A stretch of DNA of 64,000 bases from contig OZ316894.1 of NCBI GenBank assembly GCA_973895155.1, forward strand, positions 557,968 to 621,967. Reading direction: 5' to 3'. Position 1 is the stretch's first letter, and each line of letters opens with the position of its first letter. Below are positions 50,994 to 62,716 of this stretch, piece after piece. The stretch is from Marsupella aquatica (Eukaryota; Plantae; Marchantiophyta). Made by a program: the position numbers and the translations under genes. The notes under the pieces were generated by a model. The model was not told the origin of the DNA, made no database searches, and worked only from the letters and a program-made list of their open reading frames with translations.

Positions 50994-53900
50994 TGTGACG
51001 CCGCCGGTACGGCGAGTAATGAATGATTCCGTCTAAACCAGGTTTAGCACGCGCGTTAGGGGTATCTTAGGCCGCTATCATTAGCATAACGACAGTATTT
51101 AGGTAGCCATTATGAGTAGGAAATCATTAGTCAATAAAGGGGATTCATGTTCGGGCTGGCGGCGCGTCGCTATTCGCACGCCCAGGTTGCGATCGTGTAA
51201 TGGGCCCCTTCCCCCCCCCCTCGGGTCCGTATAACAAACTTTGGGAGGCGGCCACTGTCACGCGCTGACTCGGACCGGCGGAGTGGCCGGTACACTGCAA
51301 GCATGAGAGGTTCGGCCTATAAGCAACGAGGAGGCTTTGGGCGATCGACGAGCTCTCAAGGTATAAAAGGGGGCCGATCCTTTGCAAGTGCACCAGTCAT
51401 TCAGTCCACGCGCCAGCTTCAACCCCAGCTCTCTCCCTTCTAGTCATCACTGCTTTCTCCTCTTAATGTCGCACACGATCCTCTCCAGTTCGGCCCTACG
51501 ATTCTGGACGCAGTTCCTGTCTACCAGAAGACACTTGGTCGACTCATTGGAACACGCCAACCCGCGCTGATTCAAAATTGAACGCGAGTACGAGAGAGCC
51601 ATCCGCCTAGCAACACGACACCATTGTATCTTTAACTTTGGCTACCCGTCTCAAAGCGAGCTTTACCGACCGGCAGAGGTAGCAGGGTATTTCTTCAACA
51701 AAGACAAATATATCAGGTTCTGGGAAGCTTTGCTTCGACTTCCGGATGAAGTCTTCAATATCCCGGGCACGATCGACTTGCAACGGCATCACTTTGACCA
51801 CATCCCTGCTCGGGTCCAGGCTAACATCAATAGCGCGTCCAGCACTACCTGTTCGACAAGGCCCTCTATACTTGCTTCGAAGCTACTCTGCCAGCACCTG
51901 CAGAACTTCATGGGAACTAGACCCTCAACCACCGGCGTCGGGCCAGTCGACCCCATACCCGTACCCGCGCCAATGCAGGCTCAGGCTCAGGCTCAGCTTC
52001 AGCCTCAGTCTCAGCTTCAGCCTCAGCCTAGCCAATCCCCACCACCGATCGTCCCGCCAGAGCAAGTGCGCTCCGTCATCAACGCTGTGGACCTTAGCGA
52101 CGACGATGAGGCCACCCCCCCTTTGCTCAGGCGGCCCCGAGGAGCGGCTCCAACAGACAACGCGGTGACCGTGGCCGCCCCGGCACCAATACTAACGGCG
52201 GTGGCATTACCTATACCCGATTGAGAGGATGGGGAGGTGTCACCTTCCCCGAGCCAGTCACGGGGAAAGAAGAGGAAGGAGGCCGCTGCTGCATCCGGGT
52301 TACCCATGGCCACGGTAGCCGCGGCCAAGGTGACAATGCACCGCATGGGGGAAAATGTGCATAAAAACATCCTCCATCCCAAGCATGCGGTGTACCTGAA
52401 AACTCAGGGATTCGAGCACATCGCCTCTCTCCCCTGGAACACTTGCAGGTACTACGGGGATGATATGACGGAATTCGTCAAGAATTATGACGATGCCCGT
52501 CAACATACTCGGCTGCGGGGAAGGAATATGTCCCTCACGGAAGAAAGACTCAAGATGATCTTTGGGTTACCCGAAGGTGACTACCGCGTTGAATCACGGG
52601 CTCCCGGGGGCAAGGGAGCCAAGTACCAATCCTCGGGTTTTCCCTCCGAGGGAGCAGTGGACAACGGGTTCGTGATGAGGACTTGCCTCATCCCCGAGAT
52701 AGCTGAGCGACTGGAGTTCCAACGGTACGCCCTCCACATGATGGAACCCCGGGGTGAGATCTCCGCTGCCCAGGTTATCCAGGTCGAGAACTATCGACCT
52801 AGGAGGTGGGCATCGTACTTCGCTAAGAAATTCCATGAAGAGATGGAGAGGCAAAGAAAGACGTTATACATCGGTGGAAAGGCGTATTTTGCAAGCCACA
52901 TCGAGATCATTCTTGAGTGGTACCCCCGGTTTGATCGACGAACCCTTCCCCGTGTCAACATACCTAAATTGGTCCCAGCTAGGTGGGTTTTCCCGGCCTT
53001 GGAGAGACGGCCCCAACCCGAGGCCCAAAGTCCAACGGCCATGCATGCTTCACCCACCCCACCCCCACAGGTAGCTGTAGCCGTGGCCGAGGAGGTACCG
53101 GATGGGTCGGTAATCGCAGCCATAGATACGATCAACCAGGCCGGGCCAAGTACAGAAGTCGGGACCGTGGAGGCCTTACTCGAGCCCGGGTTTCCTGAAG
53201 ACCCACCGGGGGTTATTCCGGAGGACCGGACGTTGCTGGAGGAGGACATTCCAGCCCCTTCCAACACTACGTCTCCACGGCTGGATGTCACTACCCCGGC
53301 CCCCGCATGTGTTGACGTCTGCCCGTGCCCAAATCCGGACAGGCACAACCTGGACCACCCGGAACTCTTCGTACCAGGGACATTTCTGAACGGGCTTTTG
53401 GGAGATTTCTCTCAACAGATTGCCCGGGATACCGGGGAGTTCATGGCACGGAAGGTAGCCTGTTTTTTCAATCAGGAGTTAGTTGCCGCAGTAAAGGCAG
53501 GTCAGGCCCAGTCAGAGGCCCTTCAGAGAATAGAGCGGTACCGGGTGGAGTCCGTATACTTAAAGGACGAAGTGGCGGCTCAAGAGGCTGAGCTTCTGCA
53601 ACTACGACCCAAGGTTGCAGCCGCCGATGAGTTGTTAGCAAAGGCGCACGCCCTTACCGCCCTAGCCGAACAGGCCAAGGCTGGGAACGAGGCCGAGATT
53701 TCACGGCTCCGGTCCCAGATTGATAGTTTGAAGAATCAAACTGTCATCTGGTAGAAAGACCTGGAGGAGGCCGAAGAACAGGCCCAGCGAGATACTGTGG
53801 AGATAGCCACGCTACAAGCCGAAGTAGCGCGGCTTCAAACTGAAGCCGAGAAGTAGGACCAGTTGGTGGGCAAGCTGACGAGCGATGCCCAGTAGCTGGA

Positions 53901-54941
53901 GGAGGCATGCCAGGAGGCAGCAGAGGAGATGGACGCAGCAAAGCGAGAGAACGAATCTCTGCTAGACCAAGTCCAGCTCCTCAAGTCGGACAACGACAGA
54001 CTTCGCAAGCAGCGGGATGACCGCTCCCACTCGGGCGGCTCTGGCAAGCGTGCCAGACATTAGCGGCAGAGTAGGAATAGCTAAGTCAGGCTATTGGGAC
54101 AGGCACCTGCCTTAGTTACAGCAGCACTACCATGGTGTCCAGCCTGCGTAGATTAGGATCTTCTAATAAGACAGCCATTTTTCGGCCTGACAGTCAGCTT
54201 AGTTAGGACCTCAGTCAGCAAATCTTCGGACGGGAGGCCACCCCGTTCCTCGGCCCTTAGTATTTAGTGCACCCCTCGGTAGAGGCAAGGGGGGGTTTTT
54301 AGTCTCAACTTGGACATCCGCAGTATGTGCGAGGAGTCCCGACCTCTGGGAGTGGAAGAGTATCAAGGGGAGGGGGTAGGACTAAGCTCGTTGGGCGAGT
54401 GCGGAGCCGGGCTCCATTGTAGTATACACCCTCGGCCTTGAACCTGTTCACTCCAGGGCTGTCGGGTCAATCAAGTGTACGCATATGTCCCCTTTGTAGT
54501 AAAATCCTTTCCCACTATTTCCTTCGTGTAAATCGAGATTGTATGCTTGTGCGTGTATGTGTAAGTGTGAATCTCATGTATAGGCGACAACGCCGGGCCG
54601 AACGCACTACCCGAGTCGTGCACGGGGTGCAGCTTGCGGGTAAGTGGTTGCGAGCACGGGTTGAGGACCTGTATCATCGAATCCGGATCGAAGGCGGACA
54701 GCACGAAGGTTTAGAAGCCCTTAAGCCGGGGTCGATCCTGCTATCGACTAAGGTACGTTCCGGCAGCGGAACACAAACCATACCTAGGATGTGTCCGTAT
54801 CTAACAGTAGGCGCACTTAGCGCTAGTTTACATGAATTAGGTGCATTATGTGCTTCCCTCCCTGCCCGAACCCTCATTGTTACTAAGGATGTGCCCGTCT
54901 AAGCCGAAGCCCGAGTTAAGACCGACGCCGACGACGTGACA
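50994..54941 (+). mobile_element. Family B solo LTR (3948 bp, older copy)
   Basis: B termini; TSD GATGG (50989-50993) versus GATGT (54942-54946), one mismatch. Confidence 0.92.
51466..54063 (+). pseudogene. LTR-B-encoded protein with several stops
   Basis: ORFs 51730-52224 and 52237-53754 match the 874-aa protein. Confidence 0.88.
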
Positions 54942-56091
54942 GATGTCAAGGGCGAAGCCGGAATGCTCAGTGATGAGGCCAGTGTACCGAATCCACCACT
55001 AGAGCAGGCCGGGGAAGCCGTAGCCATACCAGAAGCCGTGGCCGATGCTAAGGCCAAAGCCGGACCGAGTCAGGCCGATGGAGAGTTGACTTGGTCCAGA
55101 GCAGGTAATCTGTTAGAGGTCGGGCCTATGGTAGTGGTTGTGGAGGAAGTGTTGGGGGCGTCCATTGAGGATCAGCCACCGCTACCATGATGGTGGTGGG
55201 GGGCCGCTCCTTTTAAGGAGGGCGGACGTGGAGGGAGGAGGCGTGAGTGGGCAGGGCGGGCTCAGATCTCCAAGTTTAGAATTAGGATCAGGACCGGGAA
55301 GCGGCCCTGACACTTAGATTAGTGGGATTGCGGATCCACTGGTAAGAGCAACACTTGTGCTCCTGCCTCACTGTACATAGGTAGATTACAGTTAGGATAG
55401 ATTAGGCTTACGCTGCAAGGAATTGGGCGGATCCACTGCCAGGATAAGTACCTATGCAGCGGAGAGTCCAGGGCCTTCTTCCTTAGCAAGTTTTTAGTGC
55501 ACTAGCAGGGCTGGGATCAAGTAGTAAAAGAAGCTCTCGGTTAGTTATATTGTGACCTTGTGTATATTCATGTTTCCTCATGCCTAAGAGATGAATAGAG
55601 TTGGCCTCACGGCTTAGTTTGCAGATCTTGTGTATGAGAAGTATTGTTTGTATGGCAAGTGCATGGTATAACTCAGTCAGAAGGAGTCATTTTGCTATTT
55701 GTGTGTCGCATTAACTTGTTTGAAGATTGCCCACATCAACCAAGAGAAGGAAGTAAGCAGGGTAGTAAGAGTTGTATGTGTCGAGCTGAGAGAGGTCTTA
55801 GCGGCTTACCCAAGCCAGATGGGGATCATTCCGGCGACGGAATCCAAATATACCTAAAGCAGAGAGGAAGACAAGGGAAGGCCTAGATTAGGCCGGCTAC
55901 GTATCTCATGACCCGATGAAGGATCTGTCCAATATATGTGTGTAAAATGTTAATAGTAGTAAAGAGCAAGTTAGCAGCGTCCCATGCCGCTAAGCCGCGA
56001 AACCGGCCTTGCCGTGAGCTAAACCTGCAGGAATTGGCTTGCGCACGGGGGGTTTCTTGGGTTTAGGGAGCCATGGGACGCACCACATTGT

Positions 56092-56109
56092 TGGCGCTAG
56101 ATGGAGGGG
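56092..56109 (+). promoter_or_regulatory. Primer-binding site, tRNA-Asn type
   Basis: TGGCGCTAGATGGAGGGG, 4 nt after the LTR end. Confidence 0.8.
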
Positions 56110-56156
56110 GCATTTCTTAAGCCGTGAGATATGAAGTTAGGGAGGAAGCATAGCTA

Positions 56157-59144
56157 ATGACTGAAACTACTCCAAGGGAGGAAAGAGCGATTCAATGGGA
56201 GAGAGCTCATCTGCAGTAGCTCGCTGGGTGGCATGATACACAGCGACTGAGAGGGGCAAAAAGAGCTAGTCACTCCGTAACTGAAAGTGGTGTCGAAGAA
56301 GACATACCAGAAGAAGAGTCGGTAAGGAGAAGAGAGTCCCCAACCGACATGGGGGAACCAGAGGCACAGCCAGACAAGAGGCCAGGGACCAGATTGGGCC
56401 AACGGTTGTGCATTCATTACAAGGCATTCCATGGAAGAGGAGATGAGGATCCAGACGAATGGTTGGATGACTTCGAGGGAACCGTTGCACCAAATGGAGA
56501 ATCGGCCATCAAGATGCAGATTCTTCCCGGCCTGTTCAAGGGTGAGGCGAGGCCTTGGTACAGAGCACTGGATGTGGAAGATCAAACCACTTGGCATACC
56601 TTCAAATCACTATTTGTCAAGGAGTTTCGACCCATTGGAACCTCAGAGCTAGCAGTGCTGAAGTTGGGACGACTTCAATTCAAGGAGAACAAATCCTTCA
56701 GGAAGTTCTTGCAACGCTTCCAAAAGCTGGTAAGACGTACAAAGACCAATGCATCTGAAGGTATGCAACTTCAATGGTTGGTGAATGCTTTACCGTAGAA
56801 GATGAGTTTTGCAATTAGGAAGGGGAACCCAAAGACTTTAGCCAAGGCAATTAGAGATATTCAATTATACATTAATGCAGATATCACAAGCCGGAAGAAA
56901 CAGCTCAAGTCTGAGAGTTCCTCATCGGAGGAAGGATCACCCCATAAGAAAAAAGATAAGAAAAAGAAACATTCTAAGAAGTCAAGAAGTGATAACTCAA
57001 GCTCAGATAGTGGAAGTAGCAAGAGTGAGTCATCTTCTAGTTCTGAAGAAGAAAAATCAGGAAAAAGAAGGGCAGAAGGAGGGGCAAGTTGAAAGTCAAA
57101 CTAGAGGCTAAAACGCCAGATAACATCATAGCTCTTACCGAGCAGCTTAAAGCTATAATAGCCGAGGTAAAGCCAAAGAAGAAAGTAGTACTGGAGGATA
57201 GCTCTGTATGGTGTGCCTTATGTTATAAAACCAGACACCATAAAGATGCATGTCCTAAACTCAATACCAGTCATGTTCGACATGTAGCTGAGGTCAGACC
57301 ATGTCAGGGAGAAGTAAAGTACTTTCTAGGGGATGCCGCTGATAGTGTTTTCGGCACCAGTGAGACTGGAGCACGAGACCTATCCAACCGACCTGCATCT
57401 CTCTAGTCAGGATTAAGGAACAATCCGGGAGAGATGTATCCTCGGATTATTCAGAATCCGTCAGTACCTCCTAGGCCAAATGTGCAAAGATTTGCGGCAT
57501 GCTATAATTGTGGTCAACCTGGCTATTTTGCTAGAGATGCCCGAATGCACGCAAACAAGGAGATGGACAACCAACTCAGCTATGTATGGGATGCCGACAG
57601 GAGGGTCACATGCTAGGACAATGTCCTACTTGGTTAGCAGGCCTGGCCGCAAATCATAAGCTCTTGCCGGTCAAGGTCTTGCCGCCAGGTACTACCCCAG
57701 GAGGAGTTCAAATCAACCACATCGAACTCGGATGGCAAACGGATGCCGAGGCAGAGTTTGGACCATCTGATGATGAGGCCAAGGCCCTATCAACATTCTC
57801 CAAAGAGGATTTGGATCATGATTGCTATCGAGTCTCTACTCGATCCACTCAACGGAAGGAAAGGTGGGATGGGCTAGCCAAAAATAAAGGGAAGGTTAAA
57901 GAAGACAAGATCGACTCTTTGTCAACATCAACGGAAGGGGAAGGAAAGGCGCCAGCAACACATGTAAGCCATGAGCCCACCAATGAGCCCAATCCTTCAC
58001 AGGACAGCGACTTCAATCGAGACCACCCTAAGTTGTTCTACCCCTCTATTACGGCTAGTGTTAAGGAACAACTACGAGAATTAGAAACCCTGGAGAATAC
58101 CGAAGCCATAGCTAAGGATATGAAACGAGCAAAAGTGTTGTTTGCTTCAGAAGATCCAAGGGCTGTGGAAACTAGCGTGAAAAATAGACCAAAGCCAATA
58201 CGAAGACACCAGCAGAGAAGCCGATAGTCCCCTATGACCTGGCTAAAGATGTACTAGAATCCAGAGTCTCGGCAACAGTAGGTCAACTGTTGAAAAATAG
58301 CCCGTACTTTCGGAAACAGTTAAGGAAGGCCATTCTCGGCAAGCCGAGATTACCCAAGGTAGCAACCAGATCCGACGTGCTGATGATAGAAGAAGATCAA
58401 GGAGCCCTAGCATTACCATTAATGATTCAAGGAGAAAGATTACTACGGGTACCCATTGATGGAGGATCAGGGGTATGTATTATGATTGATTCAACAGCAA
58501 AAGGATGGGGACTAATGCCGGAGATGACTGGAAGAGTGTTAAACATGGCCAATGGGTATCAGGTCATTCCCACGGGAGTGTTAACCGGCATCAAGATTGA
58601 GATAGGTGGGATCTTCTTTAGCATTAACTATGTAGTAATGAAGCCAGTAAACCCTATGTCATTCTGACTATTGATTGGCAGGCCATGGTTGTACCTAGCC
58701 AAGGTAATAGAGGATTGGGGTAAGAAAGAGTTCAGTTTTGGGACCCCCTCTATCACGATATCCTGGGACACCAAGGATGACCGTAGGAAAAGCATCAGTG
58801 AGGTAGACGGGTACGATAGTGGACTGGAGTCAGCCGATGAGGTACGTTGGCTAGAATGCCTCACTGACCTAATCGAAGAAAGTGTCTTTGGACCAAAAGT
58901 GTCCCCCAGCGGACTATGGCAAGAACCTCAGGAGAATGACTGGGAGGAATGTGAAGCAGAAACCGAGGATTGTTTTGCCATAGAGTCCACCTTTTTAGCT
59001 TCAATTCCGGAGGAAGCACAAGAGGTGGACCAGTTGGATGAAACGACTAAGTGGGGAGCTACAACCAAGACAGTGGATTTTCCTCAGGCGTTGTGGCAGA
59101 GCCGACAGGATCCACAACGCCGTCTATCCTCGGCAATAAATTAA
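56157..59144 (+). pseudogene. gag: gag-protease of A3, degenerate
   Basis: ORF pieces 56349-59144 are nearly identical to A1 gag-pro (CCHC knuckles, PIDGGSG). Confidence 0.9.
59075..59134 (+). promoter_or_regulatory. Candidate -1 frameshift signal: G_GAT_TTT, 5-nt spacer, 10-bp stem and pseudoknot
   Basis: GGATTTT 59075-59081; GGCGTTGTGG 59087-59096 pairs with CCACAACGCC 59112-59121; loop GCCGA pairs with TCGGC 59130-59134; the downstream ORF is in the -1 frame. Confidence 0.75.
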
Positions 59145-59983
59145 ATACCAAAGGATCGGCTTACAAGCCAATCATGAGGGCAGAACAAATTGAGGCCCTA
59201 CTAGAAGCCGGAAGAGCACAACGGCCGGACCCGTAGGAAGCAGGAATGCATGAGATGCATGGGAACAATCCAAAGCCGAGTCAAGAAGGGAAGCCGACAA
59301 CCAATTCAAAACCAAGCAGAACGGCAAGGGAACAGTCTGCGAATAACAAGGAAGAGATTAAGTCAAACCACTCAGCTAGTACAGCCGAGATTCCAATTTA
59401 TGGAGGTATGAGACTGGAGAGGCTGGAAGCCGAGCTGGACCCGAATTTGAGGAAGCAGATTAATATGATCCAAGCACGGCAATACCGGAAGCTCGACTTA
59501 GGAGAAGGAAGGGAACTGAACTTGGGACATGACCTCGCACCAGAGCTGGAGAAGGAGATCAGTGAATTACTGATTGAATTTCAGGATGTGTTTGCATGGA
59601 GTCACCAAGACCTGAAGGGAGTAGATGTGACGCCGCCGGTATGGCGGTTAATGAGTGATTCAGTCTAACTGTGCTCGGCACGCGCGTTAGGTGGGTCTTA
59701 GGCCGCTATTATTAGCATAACGGCAGTATTTAGGTAATCATTAGGGGTAGGACATCATTAGGCAATAAGGGGGACTTCAGGTTCGGGCTGGCGGCGGGTC
59801 GCTATTCGCACACCCGGGTTATGAGCATGGAGGGGCCCCTCCCTCGGGTCCGTATAACGAACTTAAGGAAGCGGCCACTGACGCACGCTGACTCAGACCG
59901 GCGGAGTGGCCGGTACACCACAAGCGTGAGCGGTTCAGCCTATGGGCGTCGAGGAGACGTCGGGGATCGACAAGCCCTCAAAG

Positions 59984-59990
59984 TATAAAA
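59984..59990 (+). promoter_or_regulatory. TATA box upstream of the LTR-B ORF
   Basis: TATAAAA(GGGG) ~100 nt before the ATG; conserved at 31624, 51362 and ~41751-41757 (minus strand). Confidence 0.6.
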
Positions 59991-60091
59991 GGGGAGCCAA
60001 CCCTTTGTAGTGCACCAGTCCATCAGTCCGCGCGCCAGCTTCGACCCCAGCTCTCTCGTTCTCTCTAGGTCGCCACTACTATCTCCTCTGA

Positions 60092-62716
60092 ATGTCGCAC
60101 ATGATCCTCTCCAGCTCGGCCATTCGATTTTGGACGCAGTTCCTATCTACCGGAAGGCACTTGGCCGATTCATTGAAACACGCCAACCCGCGCCGATACG
60201 AGATCGAACGCGAATACGAGAGAGCCATCCGCCTAGCAGGACGACACCACTACGTCCTTAACTTTGACTACCCGTCTCAGAGCGAGCTTTACCGACCAGC
60301 TGAGGTATCTGGGTACTTCTTCAACGGAGACAAATATATCGGGTTCTGGGAAGCATTGCTTCGGCTTCCGGACGAGGTCTTCAATATCCCGGGTACAATC
60401 GACCTGCAGCGACATCACTTCGACCACATCCCTGCCCAGGTTCGGGCTGTCATCAACGGCGAGTCCAGTACCAACCGTTCAACAAGGGCGCCCGCACTCG
60501 CTTCGGAGAACTTCTACCAGCACCTGCAGAGCTTCATGGGAACTCGGCCATCAACCAACATGACCAACTCAGCCGGGCCCGTACCCGTGCCCATGCAACC
60601 CCAGCCTCAGCCTCAGCCGCAGCCTAGCCAAACCCCACCACCTATCACCCAGCCAGCACAGGTACGCTCCGTCATCAACGCTGTGGATCTTAGCGATGAC
60701 GACGAGGCTACCCCACCCTTGACCAGGCGGCCCAGAGGAACAAGCGCTCGGGGGGCCGACACTATATCGTCCCCACCCCCTGCTCTGACCCCAGGAGCGG
60801 CCCCAGCAGACAACATGGTGACCGTGGCCGCCCCGGGCCCGTTACCAACCGCAGTGGCACTCCCCAGGCCCGATCGGGAGGATGGGGAAGTATCACCTTC
60901 CCCGAGTCAGTCACGGGGAAAGAAGAGGAAGGAATCCGCCAGTGCATCCGGGTTACCGTTGGCCACGGTAGCCGTAGCCAAGGTAACGATGCATCGCATG
61001 GGGGAAAACGTTCACAGCAACATCCTCCATCCCAAGCATGCGGTGTACCTGAAGACTCAGGGATTTGAGCACCTTGCCTCTCTCCCCTGGAACACTTGCA
61101 GGTACTACGGGGAGGACATGACAGAATTCGTCAAGAATTATGACGACGTACGTCAACAGACTCGGCTGCGGGGAAGGAATATGTCCCTCACAGAAGAACG
61201 GCTCAAGATGATCTTCGGGTTACCCGAAGGTGACCATCGAGTCGAATCACGGGCTCCCGGGGGCAAGGGGGCCAAGTACCAATCTTCAAGTTTTCCCTCA
61301 GAGGGATCAGTAGACAACGGGTTCGTGATGAGGACCTGCCTCATGCCCGAGATAGCTGAGCGGCTGGAGTTCCAGAGGTACGCTCTCCACATGATGGAAC
61401 CCCGGGGGGAGATCTCCGCCGCCCAGGTCATCCAGGTCGAGAACTATCAACCTAGGAAGTGGGCGTCGTACTTCGCTAAGAAATTCCATGAAGAGATGGA
61501 GCGGCGAAGGAAGACGTTGTACATTGGCGGGAAGGCGTATTTCGCTAGCCACATCGAAATCATTCTTGAGTGGTACGCCCGGTTTGATCGACGAACCCTT
61601 CCCCGCATCAACGTTACAAAGCTGGTCCCAGCTAGGTGGGTTTTTCCGGCATTGGAGAGACGGCCCCAACCCGAGGCCCGAAGTCCAGTGGACACGCCAG
61701 CTTCACCCACCCCACCTCCACAAATAGCTGTAATCGTAACCGAGGAGGCGCCGGAGGGGTCGGTCGTCGCAACCGTTGATGCGACCCAACTAGCCGGGCT
61801 AAGTACAGAAGTTGGTACGGCAGAGGTCTTACCCGAACCCGGGTCTCCCAAGGACCCGCCGGTGGCAATTCCGGAGAACCGGACATCGCTGCAGGAGGAT
61901 ACTCCGGCCCCTTCCAACGTTATGTCCCCAGGGCTGGACGTCACTGCCCCGGCCCCTGCGCGTGTTGATGTCTGCCCGTGCCCAAATCCGGACAGGCACA
62001 ACTTGGACCACCCGGAACTCTTCGTACAGGGTACGTTTCTGAACGGGCTTCTGGGAGATTTCTCTCATCAAATTGCCCGGGATACCGGGGAGTTCATGGC
62101 TCGGAAGGTAGCCTGTTTCTTCAATCAGGAGTTGGTTGCCGCCGTAAAGGCAGGGCGGGCCCAGTCGGAGGCCCTTCAGAGGATAGAGCGGTACCGGGTG
62201 GAGTCCGTGTACCTAAAGAACGAAGTGGCGGCTCAAGAGGCTGAGCTTCTGCAACTACGACCCAAGGTTGCAGCCGCCGATGAGTTGTTAGCAAAGGCGT
62301 ACGCTCTTACCGCCCTAGCCGAACAGGCCAAAGCTGGGAACGAGGCCGAGATTACACGACTCCGGAACCAGATTGACAGTTTGAAGAAACAAGCTGTCAC
62401 CTGGCAGAAAGACCTGGAGGAGGCCGAGGAGCGAGCCCAGCGGGACGCGACGGAGATAGCCACGCTGCAGGCCGAGATGGCGCGGCTCCAAACCGAGGCC
62501 GAGAAGCAGGACCAGCTGGCGAGTAAACTGGCGAGCGACGCCCAGCAGCTGGAGGAGGCATGTCAGGAGGCAGCAGAGGAGACGGACGCGGCGAGGCGAG
62601 AGAACGAATCTCTGCTGGACCAGGTCCAGCTCCTCAAAGCGGACAATGACAGGCTTCGAAGGCAGCGGGATGGCCGTTCCCATTCGGGCGGCTCTGGTAA
62701 GCGTGCCAGGCATTAG
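60092..62716 (+). CDS. Intact 874-aa LTR-encoded protein: novel N-terminal domain, Pro/Gln linker, NLS-like RGKKRKE, PMD/plant-transposon-protein-like domain, C-terminal coiled coil
   Basis: Uninterrupted ATG-to-TAG ORF wholly inside a solo LTR; conserved in five copies in the window. Confidence 0.85.
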   Translation: MSHMILSSSAIRFWTQFLSTGRHLADSLKHANPRRYEIEREYERAIRLAGRHHYVLNFDYPSQSELYRPAEVSGYFFNGDKYIGFWEALLRLPDEVFNIPGTIDLQRHHFDHIPAQVRAVINGESSTNRSTRAPALASENFYQHLQSFMGTRPSTNMTNSAGPVPVPMQPQPQPQPQPSQTPPPITQPAQVRSVINAVDLSDDDEATPPLTRRPRGTSARGADTISSPPPALTPGAAPADNMVTVAAPGPLPTAVALPRPDREDGEVSPSPSQSRGKKRKESASASGLPLATVAVAKVTMHRMGENVHSNILHPKHAVYLKTQGFEHLASLPWNTCRYYGEDMTEFVKNYDDVRQQTRLRGRNMSLTEERLKMIFGLPEGDHRVESRAPGGKGAKYQSSSFPSEGSVDNGFVMRTCLMPEIAERLEFQRYALHMMEPRGEISAAQVIQVENYQPRKWASYFAKKFHEEMERRRKTLYIGGKAYFASHIEIILEWYARFDRRTLPRINVTKLVPARWVFPALERRPQPEARSPVDTPASPTPPPQIAVIVTEEAPEGSVVATVDATQLAGLSTEVGTAEVLPEPGSPKDPPVAIPENRTSLQEDTPAPSNVMSPGLDVTAPAPARVDVCPCPNPDRHNLDHPELFVQGTFLNGLLGDFSHQIARDTGEFMARKVACFFNQELVAAVKAGRAQSEALQRIERYRVESVYLKNEVAAQEAELLQLRPKVAAADELLAKAYALTALAEQAKAGNEAEITRLRNQIDSLKKQAVTWQKDLEEAEERAQRDATEIATLQAEMARLQTEAEKQDQLASKLASDAQQLEEACQEAAEETDAARRENESLLDQVQLLKADNDRLRRQRDGRSHSGGSGKRARH

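Larger units (their letters stand above)
47544..55190 (+). pseudogene. LTR-A-encoded protein, degenerate and interrupted copy
   Basis: ATG at 47544, ~20 nt after TATAAA; ORF pieces 48089-48571, 48379-49179, 49213-50820 and 54936-55190. Confidence 0.8.
47425..56087 (+). repeat. 5' LTR of A3 (~4.7 kb without the B insertion)
   Basis: TGTGATGCC at 47425 and CGCACCACA at 56087. Confidence 0.93.

Noticed and set aside
60092-62716. Envelope-like protein
   Set aside because: No signal peptide or hydrophobic transmembrane segment is visible; it has an NLS-like motif and a coiled coil.
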